A stretch of DNA of 64,000 nt from an uncultured delta proteobacterium (GTDB taxonomy: Bacteria; Myxococcota_A; UBA9160; SMWR01): assembly GCA_963832165.1 (NCBI GenBank), contig CAWHTE010000011.1:384001-448000 (forward strand), given 5' to 3'. A program made the position numbers and the translations under genes. Below the pieces are notes generated by a model. The model did no database searches and was not told the origin of the DNA. It was given only the letters and a program-made list of their open reading frames with translations. This document shows, piece by piece, positions 63,801 through 64,000 of this stretch; within the stretch, counting starts at the first letter, position 1; each line of letters starts with the position of its first letter.

Positions 63801-64000
63801 CCATGCGCCGCAGGATCCGCCGCTTGATCGTGGTGTCGCGGTACAGGCTGAAATCGACGCGCGTCACCGCGCGAACCGCAGAGAGGATCCGCTCGTACTG
63901 CCGCTTCTCGTCGCGCAAGGTGGTCTCGGGCTGGACGTCGGCGAGATAAGGATGGCCGCCGAGCGAGGTGAGACGATTCGCGATCTCCTCCGGCGTCAGC
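60844..64000 (-). CDS. CheR(-CheB)-PAS-histidine kinase-receiver hybrid; 5' end outside the window
   Basis: INVTSFFRD, WVPGCSTGQEAYS, DLISCRNLLIY; EELQS heptad coiled coil; AHELRNP; GLGVGLAL; receiver ILIVDDN...GFDQHLVKP. Confidence 0.92.
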   Translation of the reverse strand, partial: LTPEEIANRLTSLGGHPYLADVQPETTLRDEKRQYERILSAVRAVTRVDFSLYRDTTIKRRILRRMALHAHESLADYAQRLESDRGEVDALHRDLLINVTSFFRDPELFEALKMRVFPAIIDEKTPGVPLRLWVPGCSTGQEAYSLAIALLEFLDDRPMRPAIQIFATDLSDHTSLDKARAGLYPESIEAEVAPDRLRRFFKREDHLYRIDESIRKMCVFARQNVTSDPPFSHVDLISCRNLLIYLAPPLQRRVLPAFHYALNAPGFLVLGSAETVGENADLFELVDRTHKIYAKKATASRPLLDLPTEHLRDVSATATRRAPATPTPADFEREADRILLGRFAPPAVLINENLDIVQFRGRTSAFLESPPGEPTTNLLKMAREGLFLELRSLLDEVRQSKEARRRGARVRTDGTVREIDLEVVPVTPPNGPNGCFLVVFHDPAQNAGAPPAPNAVPDPAENPDRREQARLRRELDATKEYLQSLLEQQDAANAELRSANDAILSSNEELQSTNEELETAKEELQSANEELTTVNEQLQHRNLELSRANNDLTNLLSSINIPVVMVGGDLRIRRFTPPAQKSLSLLPSDVNRPISDLTPVGLVPDLEQLIENTIETVQHVEREIRDREGRWRSLRIFPYRTSDDKIDGAVIVLLDIDQHKRAEESLRIADRRKDEFIATLAHELRNPISPMQNAIEIMQVADRDEAAIERARDVLQRQIHYLTTIVEDLMDVTRITERKIELHPQRIALVTLVENAVESCRAYLESRGATLKVTLPSEPLFLNVDTVRMSQVLINVINNAAKFSRRGGPVTISAERAHEKRLPGADPSAPDELVISVRDTGEGIAADLLPHIFEMFTQGSRALGDRRGGLGVGLALASILVQVHGGTIEAHSPGPGQGSEFRVRLPLAVGDSALSTDEPTSAPVQRAKESKRILIVDDNQDHATSLGQLLELMGHRVKLAADGHAALDAASEFLPEIALVDLGLPGLNGYEVARTLRADARFRDLLLIAQTGWGQDEDRRRTHEAGFDQHLVKPVQPEQLREIIGKRRNDS

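Overview
High-GC bacterial chromosomal window. The gene content (PEP-CTERM proteins, many SDR/amidohydrolase/acyl-CoA dehydrogenase genes, a CheR-fused kinase) suggests a Myxococcota/deltaproteobacterial-type organism; this is inference only. Many genes carry isolated single-base frameshifts, most likely consensus errors. Contents, left to right: a transglutaminase / circularly permuted ATP-grasp / alpha-E locus; FHA protein; rlpA; an SDR-TetR-SDR-sulfotransferase-DUF1214 cluster; a ~1,470-aa multidomain PEP-CTERM surface protein; an HNH nuclease gene bracketed by two copies of a 21-22 bp palindrome; amidohydrolase, GST and MocR regulator; a second PEP-CTERM protein; SDR, HtrA, ADH and tkt; a COG0523 GTPase with a molybdopterin-oxidoreductase-like tail coupled to DAHP synthase; an arn (L-Ara4N) operon with split arnA next to a two-component system and an ICMT-family methyltransferase; a split imuA-imuB / dnaE2 cassette sharing a 29-bp promoter/operator, with dinB, pepF and mgtE in between; purN, PfkB, PP2C, desaturase, PhyH, cytochrome c, thrH, a sigma-70 factor, an ArgA-like gene, RNase P RNA, an HxlR-SCP2 regulator, two acyl-CoA dehydrogenases and a CheR-hybrid kinase. 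GTAG-type REP elements sit between convergent genes. The best candidate for an undescribed system is the palindrome-flanked HNH element (14368-15548). Next are the shared damage-response box and the arn/two-component/methyltransferase module.
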